Source of the DNA: Hyphochytrium catenoides
Lineage: Eukaryota > Protista > Hyphochytriomycota
DNA: 63,966 bases
Assembly (NCBI GenBank): GCA_900088475.1
Contig: FLMG01000725.1
Span: 11,030 to 74,995, forward strand
Direction: 5' to 3'
The notes beneath the pieces were generated by a model. It was given only the letters and a program-made list of their open reading frames with translations. It did not search any database and was not told the DNA's origin. Below are positions 1 to 11,700 of this stretch, piece by piece (the first letter of the stretch is position 1; each line of letters begins with the position of its first letter). Position numbers and translations under genes: made by a program.

Positions 1-779
1 TCCAATGTGTGAAGTAGTTACGTAGAAGTAGTTCTACTGTGAATCCTGCATTGGAACCAGACTCTGTCACTCCTACCATCTCGGACAGGCAGGCTAATAA
101 GCACCGGAGATATTGTAACACGGCATATCTATCACTTTTGGCTGTGATCCCAGTCTGTGGAAAGCTGTGTAATAAATTATCTTCGTGTCTCGACAAAGTC
201 ATCTTCTTTTTACTATAAAAAACCACGTAAAACAGTAGACGTTTTATCTTTCTTATCACCATTTCCTATTTCCTCTCAAAAGAGTTAAAATTGATCTTAA
301 GTCACCCAAAAGAAGCAAAAAAACAGTCTTTTGGATTCCTAGGTCTTCGTCCTCTCTCCTTCTACTACTCCGGAGTAATAAATACCAAATAAACTACTCT
401 GGAGTAGTTATTCCTTTGGAAATAAAGAGTGGGAAAGGTGTCTCTCTGGCCTTTATACTTTGCTACAAAGGGAAATTTGTGAACTAGTAAACCGTGAATT
501 GGTTTATCAATAAATTTTGGTAGGGTTATATGTAGGGTTATATCCCGCTCTGGCTCTTTCTTCCTATTTCCGTCTCTTTCCTCTCTTCTTCTCTTTCTTC
601 TTCTCTCCGTCTCTCTACCTGACCTCACCGTGAGGTTCCATGGACTGTATGGAGAAAGGGCTGCTGATCTGTCTCTCTGCTGTCTCACTCGAATGCATTC
701 AGTTCTTCATGCGTTGGAAAAGAGACGGCGTCGGAAGCTCTGTCCGGGCTTCGTGCTCCTCCTCCAGCACCTGTCGTCC

Positions 780-1550
780 TCTTTCATAGCGGACTCTTCT
801 TGTTGAAGCTTCCCTGTCTCTCTCCCTCTATCGTTCTCTCTCTTCCTCTCTCTCTTCTTCTCTGTTCTCTCTCTCTCTTCTTCTCTCTCTCTCCCTCCTT
901 CTCTCTCTCGTTCTCTCTCTCTCTCTCTTCTTCTCTTCTCTTCTCTCTCACTCTCTCCCTCTCTCTTCCATTCTTGCTCACTTTCCCTTTCTTTATATAA
1001 CCTCCATCCGACCCCTCTTTCTTGCTAACCTTTCTTCCACTCTCTCCTCTCTTTACTCCCCTCTCCGATCACCTCTTCTGCTCTCCCGACCTCCATCTGC
1101 TGTCTCTCTCCGTCACTCTTTCAATGGTTATAATCCTTTCGTTATCCCGCTCTTCAATTACCTTGCCTCTTCACTTCACATTCTTGGCTCTGCTCACCTT
1201 CCTCTTCATAGGGCGGCTATTCTCTTGCTCCACCACAAAGCTCTCTCTCTTCTCTTCTCTCTCCCTCTCCCCGTTTCTCTCCCCGTCTCTTTCTCTCTCT
1301 CTTCGATCGGGTTGCCTTACCTCGCAATCGCTATCCACTTAAAAAATAGTACGGCACGTTCCACGTCCGACACTCTCCGGTACTCGTTGGCTCAAGATCT
1401 TCTCTCTTTGTCCCTCTTTCGTTCTCTCTCCCCTTCCCCGAGCTTTCTTCTCACTTAAAGTTCGCTTTCTCCTCTTTCTTCTCTCTCCTTCTCTCTCTCT
1501 CTCTCTCTCCTCTCTCTGTCTCTCTTTTTTGTCTCTCTCGTTTCTGCCCA
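780..1550. repeat. (CT)n-rich low-complexity polypyrimidine tract
   Basis: Long imperfect CT/CTT runs on the + strand. The S/L- and R/E-rich ORFs here are artefacts of the repeat. Confidence 0.9.
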
Positions 1551-1753
1551 ATGAGGTACCGAAAAACTACCCTGCGTTGTTCTTCACCACCTATCTTCTC
1601 TCTTGCCATGTCTTCCTTGCCGGGACAACTCTCTTTTCTGTCCTCCACTTGCTGCAGTAACAGGTCATTTCACTTCTTCTTCAATCCGACGACGCAAGCG
1701 CGGCGCACGGCACAGCGCCGCAGTGCTTTCTTCTGCTCCATTCCAGCGGCAGA

Positions 1754-3637
1754 ATGAGTCAAAACGCTCGCAGCCGCCGCTTTGCGGAACATTACTGTCC
1801 ACTTTCATCATCAGGAGGGAGCCTCTTCTTCTCCTCTTCGTCTGGCCGCCGTCTTGTTTCTCCTGGCTCTTTGTGCATCGTGTGGCTTCTCTGTAATGCG
1901 CTGATGGGCAGTTGGATGGTGCGCTTTGCAACGGCCGTGGATGAGGCTGTTCCTTCTTCTTATGGACAACCAAAGTTCTACGCTTTTGCTGCTGCTGATG
2001 GGGGTGCTGTCGTCACCAGTAACATGGACTTCTCGCGGTCCCTTTCAGGGGTCTCGGAGAAGAGAGAAGGAGGAAAGGAGCACCCCAAGCTTGTCCCACA
2101 TTCTATTCATCGGTTGCTTGCAATCGCTTTAGGTCCAAAACCTGCAACACCAGCCGGGAGTTCACATCAGGTGTCTGCTGCAGGAGCCAGGGCTGGGCAG
2201 AATCCTCCATCGGCAGCGGTAGCAGCGGCGAGAGCAGCGCAGCATCCTGTGCATGGTAACCCTTCTCGTTATAAAAGAACAGCGATCGACGGCGAGCTGA
2301 CAGCAGCTGACACCAACCATCCGGGACAGCAGCGTCCACCGCCCCCAAAAGAGCAAGGTTTTGCTCCTGTGGCTCGTCCTGGCGAGGGCCTACCGCCACA
2401 ACAAGCAGCAAGAGGAACAGCGGTTGAACAGAGCGCTCCAGGCATCCCACCAGGTGGCGGCGGACGGTCCGGAAAAGCCCAGCCACGTAACCGGCCGAAT
2501 CCCGCCGGTTCTCTTAGGAAAAGGGTGGAAGACTATATAGAACGTGCACCGTTCAGAAGAGGAGGGATTGTTAAGGGCGAAACCCTGAAGACAGTGGACT
2601 TTGAGCTTCTGCGACGTCTTATGAAGGATTGGAAAGAATATTTTTCAGAAGGAGGCAAACCTATACCGATGAGGAAGGACGGCGATACTACATTCTCGAA
2701 GCAACTTAAAGCTGATTTTCGTGACGTTCTTAGATTAGTCAAAGACGGAGCGGAATTTACAAGAGACAAAATCGTTCGCTTGGTGCGTAATCCAGAGTCT
2801 CGCAGCGGGCCCAACCCTGTCGAAGACTACATCTCATATATGAAGGCCCAGATCCAACAGCTGTCAGACTTCCCACGCACGCAGTCCATGCTCAATCGCA
2901 AGTTCTTTGGTGAAGTTCTACCGCGACTGCTAAAAAGCATTGGCATGAAAGTCAAGGAAGAGGGGGGGATACCGCCCGAAGATCGACCAAATCTCGAGAA
3001 GGTGAAGGCTATGATTGATGAGGCATTCGTAGACACTCCTGCTGCTGGTCGACCAGGAACATCACCAGCAGCACCTCCTCAGGTTAGGGGAGAAGAACAA
3101 GGGCCGGCACGTATGGCCGCTGCACAGCAGCAACCGGCTGCTCAGCGGCAGCAACAGCCGCCAGCCGTAGGAGAGAATAACGCTCCTTCTGTTCCTGAGG
3201 CAGCCAATGGACCCGCCAGGAACCGCCAGGAGGAACAACCATCCCCAGTGAACCCAAGACCACCAGTAGAGGGCGGAGGAAATGGCGACACTACTCGTCC
3301 GTTATTGCCCGTTGATGCTCCCAAACCTCGTCTTCCCGAGGCAGAGATTAGAATTCTCATTCGTGAGAGTGTGTTTCATCTCGCAGGGCGCGGCTTATCA
3401 AAGCCTAGGAGGGTTATTGAAAGAATCTTGTCATCGCTAAACATAGGGCCCCAGGCGAAGCTAGTGGACGCTCTCACAGAGCTTATTAACCCTGAAGCCT
3501 CGCGCGGCGATCGCAAGGAAATCGTAAAGGCTATCAATGCAAAGCTGGACAAAATCTACGCAGAGCGTCAGACAAGAAAAGAACAACTAAATCAAGCAAA
3601 GCGGGCTAGTTCACCGGGTCCGTGGTTGTTGACATAA
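1754..3637 (+). CDS. Orphan 627-aa Pro/Ala/Gln-rich protein with a hydrophobic N-terminal segment, possibly secreted
   Basis: 1.9-kb uninterrupted ORF from ATG. It has a hydrophobic stretch (SLCIVWLLCNALMGSWMV), an RYKR dibasic site, and two charged helical-looking blocks separated by P/Q/A linkers. No family recognised. Confidence 0.75.
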   Translation: MSQNARSRRFAEHYCPLSSSGGSLFFSSSSGRRLVSPGSLCIVWLLCNALMGSWMVRFATAVDEAVPSSYGQPKFYAFAAADGGAVVTSNMDFSRSLSGVSEKREGGKEHPKLVPHSIHRLLAIALGPKPATPAGSSHQVSAAGARAGQNPPSAAVAAARAAQHPVHGNPSRYKRTAIDGELTAADTNHPGQQRPPPPKEQGFAPVARPGEGLPPQQAARGTAVEQSAPGIPPGGGGRSGKAQPRNRPNPAGSLRKRVEDYIERAPFRRGGIVKGETLKTVDFELLRRLMKDWKEYFSEGGKPIPMRKDGDTTFSKQLKADFRDVLRLVKDGAEFTRDKIVRLVRNPESRSGPNPVEDYISYMKAQIQQLSDFPRTQSMLNRKFFGEVLPRLLKSIGMKVKEEGGIPPEDRPNLEKVKAMIDEAFVDTPAAGRPGTSPAAPPQVRGEEQGPARMAAAQQQPAAQRQQQPPAVGENNAPSVPEAANGPARNRQEEQPSPVNPRPPVEGGGNGDTTRPLLPVDAPKPRLPEAEIRILIRESVFHLAGRGLSKPRRVIERILSSLNIGPQAKLVDALTELINPEASRGDRKEIVKAINAKLDKIYAERQTRKEQLNQAKRASSPGPWLLT

Positions 3638-4269
3638 GGATGATTGAAGCAGATAGGAAATGGGAGACATCGATAGGAGAAGGCTCACCATCGAGAGCTC
3701 TTCTCCTTATCGTAGGATTACCTTTTTGTCTCCCGCGCAGTGCAGAGACCTCATGTCCAACTTCACTTACCTCTGTCACGGGTCTACCGCATCGTGTCCT
3801 CTCCCCTCTCCTCCTCTTCCTTTTTTCTCACCATCTGCAGTCTCTTCTCTTCCTCTCGTTCCCTGTCTTGAGTAAGATTTCGTCTGAACTCATCTGTGCT
3901 TTATTTCTTGCTGATAGAGCCACGGCAGTTGCTCTTCTTGCTGTCATGGTCTGTCTTGGTATAGTGCATACATCTCTGCTCAATCTGTCTTGCCTTTATA
4001 TATGAATCTAATTCAATAGTAATGGTTGTGAGAAAAGCTACTAGGAAAAAACAATGGGGAAGAGGAGAAAGAGAGAAACGAAGAAGCCGAACGGGAAGGA
4101 AGTGGACGAGAGCAAAGAAGTTAAGGAAGAATGGAAAAGAGAAAGAAGAGAGAAAGAGGCAGACGATAAACTTATTAGCTGGTGGAAGGACACTCCTCCT
4201 TCCCGGTTTGGCTGCTGGGTGTCGATTTCTCTCTCGGTATTGACCTGCCGCTCTTGCTAATCGCTAACG

Positions 4270-4333
4270 ATTGTCTCTCTCTCTCTCTTTTCTACGACTG
4301 TCCTTTTCCCAAACCCGCTCTTTTTATTCGTGA

Positions 4334-4405
<72 letters not shown>

Positions 4406-4850
4406 GTTTAAGGCACGTCCTCCTCCTCTTTCTTCTACCCCATCCCATCCAACCTCTCTTTCTCTCCTTTCCTCTCTCCGTCTCTTCGTGTCTTTCTCTC
4501 TCTCTCGCCTCCCTCTGTCTCACAGATTGACGCAAACATGCTTAACGAGATCGTGGTTGCTGTGGTGGAGACGATCGCTCTTTTTCTCTGAGGAGAAGAA
4601 GATATCTTTCATATGAACGCTTTTAACCTCGCTTATTGGCCAGCAATGGCAAGTCAACCGTCTTCTCTCTCGTGCGTGCCGTCTTCTTCGCTGTCTCTGT
4701 ATAATGTGTCTCTCTTCCGAATCCCTCTAAGCCATCGATCGCTATCTCATCACTCCTCCTTTCTCTCATTTTTCTCTCCCTGACTCTCTTTTCGAGGTCC
4801 GACCTCCTCTGTATTTTTCTCTCTCTCTGTCTCTCCCTCTCTCTCTGTCT

Positions 4851-4883
<33 letters not shown>

Positions 4884-5050
4884 CTCTCTCTCTTTCTTTC
4901 TCTCTCTCTTTCTCCTCTCTCTTTCTCTCTCTCTTCTCACAGCCCGACGGGTTGATCCTTCTCTTCCCTAATATCTGTCTTCTCTTCTTTTCTCTTCTGC
5001 TATACTCTCTTGTCCCCCTTTCTCTCTGTTGACATTTCTCCCCTCTTCGC
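4270..5050. repeat. (CT)n microsatellite-rich tract
   Basis: Near-perfect CT runs at about 4335-4400 and 4820-4940. Confidence 0.9.
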
Positions 5051-8000
5051 CTCCATATATCTATCCCTTCAGCGTCTCCTTCCTGCGGAGCCTGTCACAG
5101 AATTCCTAGTCTTGTTCCTCCATCAATCATCACAGCGTAGAAAAGGGCATCTCTGCGGGCTATCCCAAGCAATAATCTATTACTTTCTCTTCTATTCTTC
5201 TTCCAGGGCTGTCACTGTCTGCCTGGCATAGTGGCTGGTAGAGCTCGCATGGATTGGAAGGAGGCAAGCTTTTGATAGAGGAGGAGAAGATAAGGCTAAT
5301 CCAATGAGGAGCATGGCAGAGAATGGCTAAGAATCTGGTCGCGCGTGTGGATGTCCTTTCACGCATCCGTCGGTTCTTCTCTATTTACCTATCTTCTGGC
5401 GGCAGAGGAGAAGAGAAATCTCCTGCTTGCTCATCGAAGACGTGAGACTATCAAAATGCTCAAAGATTAGAAAATGATAAATTTGAGGGCGGGAAAGAGG
5501 AAGTGGCGTGAGACAAGGAGCTAGAGTCAGCAAAAAGACAACAAGCGAGATGAGGAGGTAAGGGGATGGCGAGGTGTGACCTGTGACAGAGAAGACGAAG
5601 AGAGAATTTTCTCGTTGCATTTCAAGCTCGGGCGAAGTTTTTGTTGCCTCACCCGTTGTCTTCCTTCTCTCTTTGACCGGAGACAACTGAAGCATGAGCC
5701 GGCGTGGCAGAAGAGTGCCTGAACGTGTCTGGCGGGACAACTGAGCTGAGGAGGCAAGAGACAGGATTTCTTGTCCTCTTAGCTGCGTCAGCAGTTTTTA
5801 CTCGTCCAGCAGTCGTCTGCATCTTATTCTTTCTTCCCTTATCTTCTTCTTCTTCTTGTCCATAAACGTCTCATTTGTCTCTTCTGAGCCCTTTCTCCCT
5901 ACGTCCTTCTCCACTGACTTCGTTGCAGGCCCGGCCCTCTCCTTCTGCCCTCTTCTACCTTCTCCTCGTCTTACACCTCTAGCATCTCTAGGTATTTGAG
6001 CAGCGACAACGCCTCCTCCTGAACAACATTTCCTAGAGAAGGCAACAAGCGCAGAGAATGTTGTTCACGGGTGAAAGAAGTGAACAAGGCGCAGAAGAGA
6101 GGACAAATAGACTAAAGATAGGCAAAAAGGAGGAAGTGGGATAAGTCAAACGATGGCGATGGGTGATTCTTCCTTCTCCATCTTGCTTCCTTCACTCTGC
6201 AGCAAATGTATGAGGAGAAGAGAGGAGATGCTTGTCAGGGAAAAGGCAAAGGCGAGAGAGAGAGAGAGAGAGACCTAGAGATAAACAGAGTGAAGAAGGG
6301 GAAGACAGATAGAGAATGCGCTTCTTAGTGATCTTGTCTAACTGTTGAGAAGAGTGAGGCCCTTAAGCCTGCGATGATAAAGTAGTTGGTGGCGGCGCTG
6401 TTTTGCGTCAATTCCTTCTTCGCTGGCAACAAGGAAGAAGAAAGATGGCTACAGGCACAAAGATGGCTAAGTTGAACAGAGACATTGCAAAGGGACAAGA
6501 TTTATTTCTTGGCCTGACAACTCTCTTCTCTTTTCTCTTTTTCGCTTTGAGTTTACTTATATCTTTCCTTGCCTCTCTGTCGCCGACAGCTAATGAAGAT
6601 GATGCCCTTCTTCCTCACATTCTTGGGGACAGAAGGGAACAGACAATGGCATTTCTATTAGATGAGGTGCGCAGAGGGGAGCGCGAGCTGAAGAGGCAGC
6701 AGGAGAGAAGAAGAAGGAGAAGGGGCACTGCTGTCATCATCGCATCTGTGCTGCAATGACTGTGTCTTGGACTGGGCGCAGATGAAAGAATATGAACGAG
6801 AGAGAGAGCAGAGACGGCAGGCAATCCGTCGGCAAGTGCTACGCCTTCCTTTCTGTCCTTTTCCACCTCCTGCTGGTTTAGACTTCCCTCTGCTGCCTGT
6901 CTCCTTTCTGCCTCTCGTTGTGCTCTAGAGAAGGTGTCAAAGGTGTTGTCAGGGGGAGAGGGAAGAGCATGGCGTCCAGTCAGCCTATCACCAACGGCAA
7001 AGATGTGAGAAGAGAGGCTGCATAGTGACCTGACTCCTAAAGGTACTGGACAGCGTCTTTCGGGGCGAAAGAAGAGAGCTGTTCCTCATCATCCTTCACT
7101 GTTCTTCTTGCTCTAGAATAGTAGTCGGGAAGCAGTGCTTGGTGAGGATCTTCTGTCGCAGAAGCTATATACAACGGCTTACTCCTTTGAGAAAACCGCG
7201 ACAACGTTGTTCATTTTTTACCTTTGTGCTGGGGCAGGGAGTGAGATCAAGGGAGAGAGGTTTGGCTTCAAGCCTGCGGCAAAGTTTGTCTATTAGTCCT
7301 ACTGAATGATAGACAAATTAGAGTGAAGGCGAGCGAGGGGATTGAGCAAGCCCAGACTTCGTAGCTCTTGGCCCTTCTTCTTCTTCTTCTTTCATTAGGT
7401 TTTCTTCTTCTCCTTCTTCTTAGTTACTTCTGAGCAGGAAGAAGCCAAATGAGACGAAATAAGAGGAAGAAAATGAGCAGCAACTACGAGTGTTGGCCCC
7501 TTCACCCTCCGCTCTCCTATCATCATCAACGCCGCGGAAGAAATTTGTCATAGGTCTTTGATGTCTATTATTCAGCGACGAATAGTGCTCTTAGGACTGA
7601 CTGACGCCGCTTAGAAGGTTCAGCTAGAATGTCACTGGAAGCACTAGTTAGTCGTAGGACCTTGCTCGGCTTTGCGCTGCTAGTAGCAGGTAGAAGCGTT
7701 ATTAGTCATGGAGAAAGCAAGCCTTATTCTCACAGCAAGCAGAGGATGGTAGCTACTCCTTTGGCCAAGCGTAGACCGTTCGGGTTTGGATCTTTCTTCA
7801 GAAGCTACGACGGGGGGCATCTTTGAAGTCTTGATCGTAGGATAGAAAGAATAGCTACTGCTTCGACCTGAAGCTTGTCCTTGGTGGCTCTTCTTAATGA
7901 TTTTCTATCTATCTTCTCAGGAGCAAAGAAGTAAGCAGAAGAGTTCTCTAGTCGCCGCACCACTCGATCACTTCATTGTCTTCGTCGTCAAAAGAAGAAT

Positions 8001-8772
8001 ATGATATGAAAGAAGAACAAGCAGTTTCTGGATCTATTGATAGGGGAAGGACTAGCTTCAGTTCACCTTCGGGTCCAAGATCAGGCCAGACGACAAACTA
8101 AGACAATGAAGAAGTGATCGATGATGAGAAGCTTGTCAAAACCGTCAATCAAGGTGGTGGTACTCTCAATTGATGACTGTCGTCTAGGAGAGATGATATA
8201 GTGCCAGGGATGACGGGCCTCGCCTGCGGCGAGAGCCAACAAGCTGCTGCCTGCCATCCTCGTCATTCTCCTGGCTAAACAGCCCATCATAATCCTTCTA
8301 TGCCATCAAGCATCATCCCTGCTCTTTCTGATGCACTAGAAGATAGAAGATCTTCGGACTCAGAACCTGGAGCATCTTGATAACAGCCGCCGCTGCTCCC
8401 AGGGTATTACTGAAAGGATGGTGGATAAACTAAACTCATGAACTACAGACATAGATAATCAATCGCGGGGTCCGCTCCTGGGGGATTACTGAAAGGCATG
8501 TGCCCACACACCAACATAGAAACGGTCTTCTGTTTCCCTTGAATCTTCTTCACTGTGTTTTTCTTATTAGAAGTCTCTTTGCCCTGGTCTCAATCATCCC
8601 CACCAGTGAGCACAATCTTCATATTCTGTGAGCACAATCTTCAATCTTCAACATCAAGAAGACGGGCGCCGCTCGCTGGTCTCGGGCGGTGTGAGACCAT
8701 GACGAAGAGCGTCCACAGAAGCCAACAGCTTTTGATGGCCAATAATCTTCTCCTTCTGACCAAGCGACAGGA

Positions 8773-9772
8773 ATGGAGCTCGACCACCCGGGCACCGCCG
8801 TAAGTAGTGCAGGAGTCTTGTTCTTCTTCTCCTCATCATCCGTCGTAACGCCAGAGAAAGAGCTCGACGACTTTATTATCTCAGCTGCAGCGGCGGCTGC
8901 ACTACCTCTACCTCTAGACTCCAATACCACGTCGACAACAGGAGGAGGTGAAACTTCTTCTTCGTCGTCGTCGTCGTCGTTACCTTCTTCAGCCAAAAGG
9001 AAGGCGAAGAGGCTTACGAGTCACGAGGACTACCGAGCTGATAATAGTAATAGTACCAAACAGCGAAAGAGAGGAGAGGAAGAAGAACCGGAGTCCAAAA
9101 AGGTACTATGGAGCTGGAGACAGCGCATTAACGAGCTGAAGAAAAAGGTAGAAGTGGAAGAGCGTCGGCATGACGCTCTAAAGAAACGGCTGATGGCGCG
9201 CTCAACCCCTTGCGCCAACCTACTATGTGAAGATCTCTATTTGGGTGGAGCACAGAGCATTCGAGGTGTAGGGAAGTTCCGGGAACAATTGCTGCATGGG
9301 CAGGGAGAGCTGCTTCGAAATCGAAGGGTTCAGGAGTTCACCCTCTGTTTCCATTCGGCTTGCACTCTTGTACACGATCCATTGCCAGATAAGTGTGGAG
9401 AGATGCCTCATGAGCTAGTGCGGGACCCTATGGTCCTTCGAGGACAGGACGCGCTAAATGATCTCTGGTAAGTCTAATCTCATTCTTTTCTTTGGTCCTC
9501 TGCTGAGAGGGCTCAAGATGCGTTGCTACGTATGTAGGGCCCGTTATTCCTCAACGTATGAACGCTTTATATGGAAAGACCTTAAAGTTAAGGCGCTTGA
9601 TCTCCGTGGCGACCGGATAGCTACCGTGTCAATCTTTGAGGCGATTCCTCGAGCTGACCAGCCAAACAAAAGCAGCCCAGGAACTGTGCTACGATTCTCC
9701 TGCGTGAAAAACTATATCTTCTCTCTCGAAAACCGCATCTTGTTTGCCACATGCAAGTTCACTGAGCTTTAG
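8773..9772 (+). CDS. bZIP-like coiled-coil plus putative SnoaL/NTF2-like domain protein, paralogue A (2 exons, about 309 aa)
   Basis: Exons 8773-9467 and 9538-9772. Intron 9468-9537 (GTAAGT...GTAG) splits a TG|G Trp codon and joins two ORFs in frame: RGQDALNDLW-ARYSSTYERFIWKDLKVKALDLRGDRI. Zipper RINELKKKVEVEERRHDALKKRL. Confidence 0.8.
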
Positions 9773-10305
9773 TGGTCAAGAAGAGTCGTGACCGCGGCGG
9801 TGATGATCGTTCTAATCTGAAAACCCAAACACTTCTTCTCCGCTGCTGAGCGAAAAAAAGTTAGTTCTAGTCAGTACCTCCTCTTCTGTAAGCTCAAAGT
9901 TCCAAACAATATGACTCGGACGCTTCTGGCGGACTGAGGGGGGCATTGGGACAGTTATTTATTACTCCTGGATGATGGCCAGTCACTAACAACTGGTGTT
10001 CAAGATCTCTAACCCCTGTAAACGGTGATTCTTGGTCTTCCAAACTATTATATAATATTTATATCTCTCGGCACGCCTTGTGCTTTTGAACTCTTCCCTG
10101 TTCTACCTCTGTAGCCTCACGCTCTGAGCTCACAAGCGGGACTTATCGCGGCCCCCAGGACCCTTGATTCGTGCTCACCTTTATAACCTATAATAAGTAT
10201 TGACGCTTATCAGGGTTCGTTAGAATTCAGGGTTGCGCTGCCAGATCGATGGCATCTTATATTTCAGCGATAGACTAGAAAAAGTTCAATAGGGCGTAGA
10301 GCTTC

Positions 10306-11700
10306 TTGGACAGCAGCAGTGCCCATCTCTCAGAATTTTTAGATGCCCCATCACCAACGACGTCTCCGTCTTCCTCATTCATCTCCCCTCGCATCTCCTG
10401 CTTTGTCCATAGAAGGCCATCAAAGAGACGTCTTTCTCATATGAAGATTGCAGGAGATGCAGGAGGGGGGGGGCGGCCGAAAGAAGGAGGAGGTAGGAGA
10501 GGAACAACAGACATCAACCCTGTCATCGCTGCAATAGATGGGGGCCCGGGAGTCCTTCCCAATAAACGCGGAAGAGGGGGAAAACACTCTCATTACACTC
10601 AGAGAAGCAACAAGAGCAATAGCAGCAGGTAAGATAATAGAGTGATGAGGAACATAGGAGGCGGGAAAGAAAGAGACAGGCACGGCAGCTCCGGTGGTAC
10701 GGTTGCGCCAGAGGAAGAGATGAATCATCATCAGAGCGGAAAGCGCTGAAGAAAGTGTCACCGGGATCTATCTGAACCACAATTACCATCGGAGCCTCAT
10801 TTTCATGAAGAGCAAGAGTAGGAGAATCGCTCCAGAACCTGCATCGCTTGCCAACCACCGGTGGAATCTACAAACTATTCATCTCACCGTCCTGTTGTCT
10901 TCAGTAGCAGATATGATGGAAGCGGCTTCCAATTGCTCCTTTTCTACTCTCCCACACGACAGCATCTGGTGGGTAGGTGAATGAGAAGCGTCATATCGCT
11001 TGTACTCCTATCTTTTGGAGCTACTACTACCTTGAAACCAAACACCTAGACTATTCACTTGCCACGACGCTAATAAGAGAGAAACCCTCCAGCAACAGCT
11101 CCAGGAAGCTGACCCAAGGACTGCAATCTAGGTCTACAGAGGCTGAGGCAGTTTATGGAAAACCATCTCGGCAAGACGTTCAGTGGAGGCCCGAGTTCCG
11201 TCTGTAGTCTAAACGGTGCCTTGCCTATAATGGCCGATTTGCCCTTGTTAGGCGCCCGCTCTGTCTTATCTAATGCTTTAAAAAGCAGCCAAAGACCGAA
11301 AGTTCGTCCCCTAACAAATGACGGCTGGGTGGTATGCCACAGTAAACTTTATCATACAACTTTCTTTTTCATTCCCCCTTGATACGGCTACCTACCATCA
11401 CCTCTGACCGTGCGGAATTTTCATCCCACTTCAAACTCCGCATTGTTATAGCAAGCGGTCATCATTCAGAAAGTGAGGTTGTGACCGGATTTTCCCCTGC
11501 CACTCTTAAATGTTTACCGTCGTGGCCGCTGAGCATCTCCAAGCAGCAGAGGAAGGCGTTACACTAGAGGCGTGCCAAGGCTCTGGTTGGAAGTTGGTTA
11601 GGTTCCAAGGAACGGGAATTTATACAGGGATATCCGAAGCAGATTGGCGAAATATTGGGAGAGGACTTCTGCCCATAATTTTGTCAAGCATCGGCAGACA
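10306..11700 (+). pseudogene. Decayed fourth paralogue of the bZIP-SnoaL-like family
   Basis: Fragments in the expected order across frameshifts and stops: KRETLQQQLQEADPR (about 11065-11120; cf. RKQSLERQLKIAEAR), P*QMTAG-TG|gtatgc (same Trp-codon donor), AEFSSHF (11412), GAC CGG ATT = DRI (11483, 1 nt short of the paralogue A spacing), KLVRFQGTGIY (about 11590). The 5' boundary is uncertain. Confidence 0.55.

Noticed and set aside
1-59. tRNA-like acceptor stem TCCAATG/CATTGGA + A + CCA
   Set aside because: Only 59 nt, with no D-arm or paired T-arm and no TTCGA. Eukaryotic tRNA genes do not normally encode CCA.
365-1650. Many short S/L- or R/E-rich ORFs (also near 4.2-5.0, 31.9, 51.9 and 60.2-61.7 kb)
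   Set aside because: They are translations of CT/AG microsatellites.
6560-7850. Scattered ankyrin-like fragments (LGLGAD, G.TPL, GHL.EV)
   Set aside because: They need many frameshifts and do not fit the 33-aa period or the TPL-to-GH spacing. A very old relic cannot be excluded without an HMM search.
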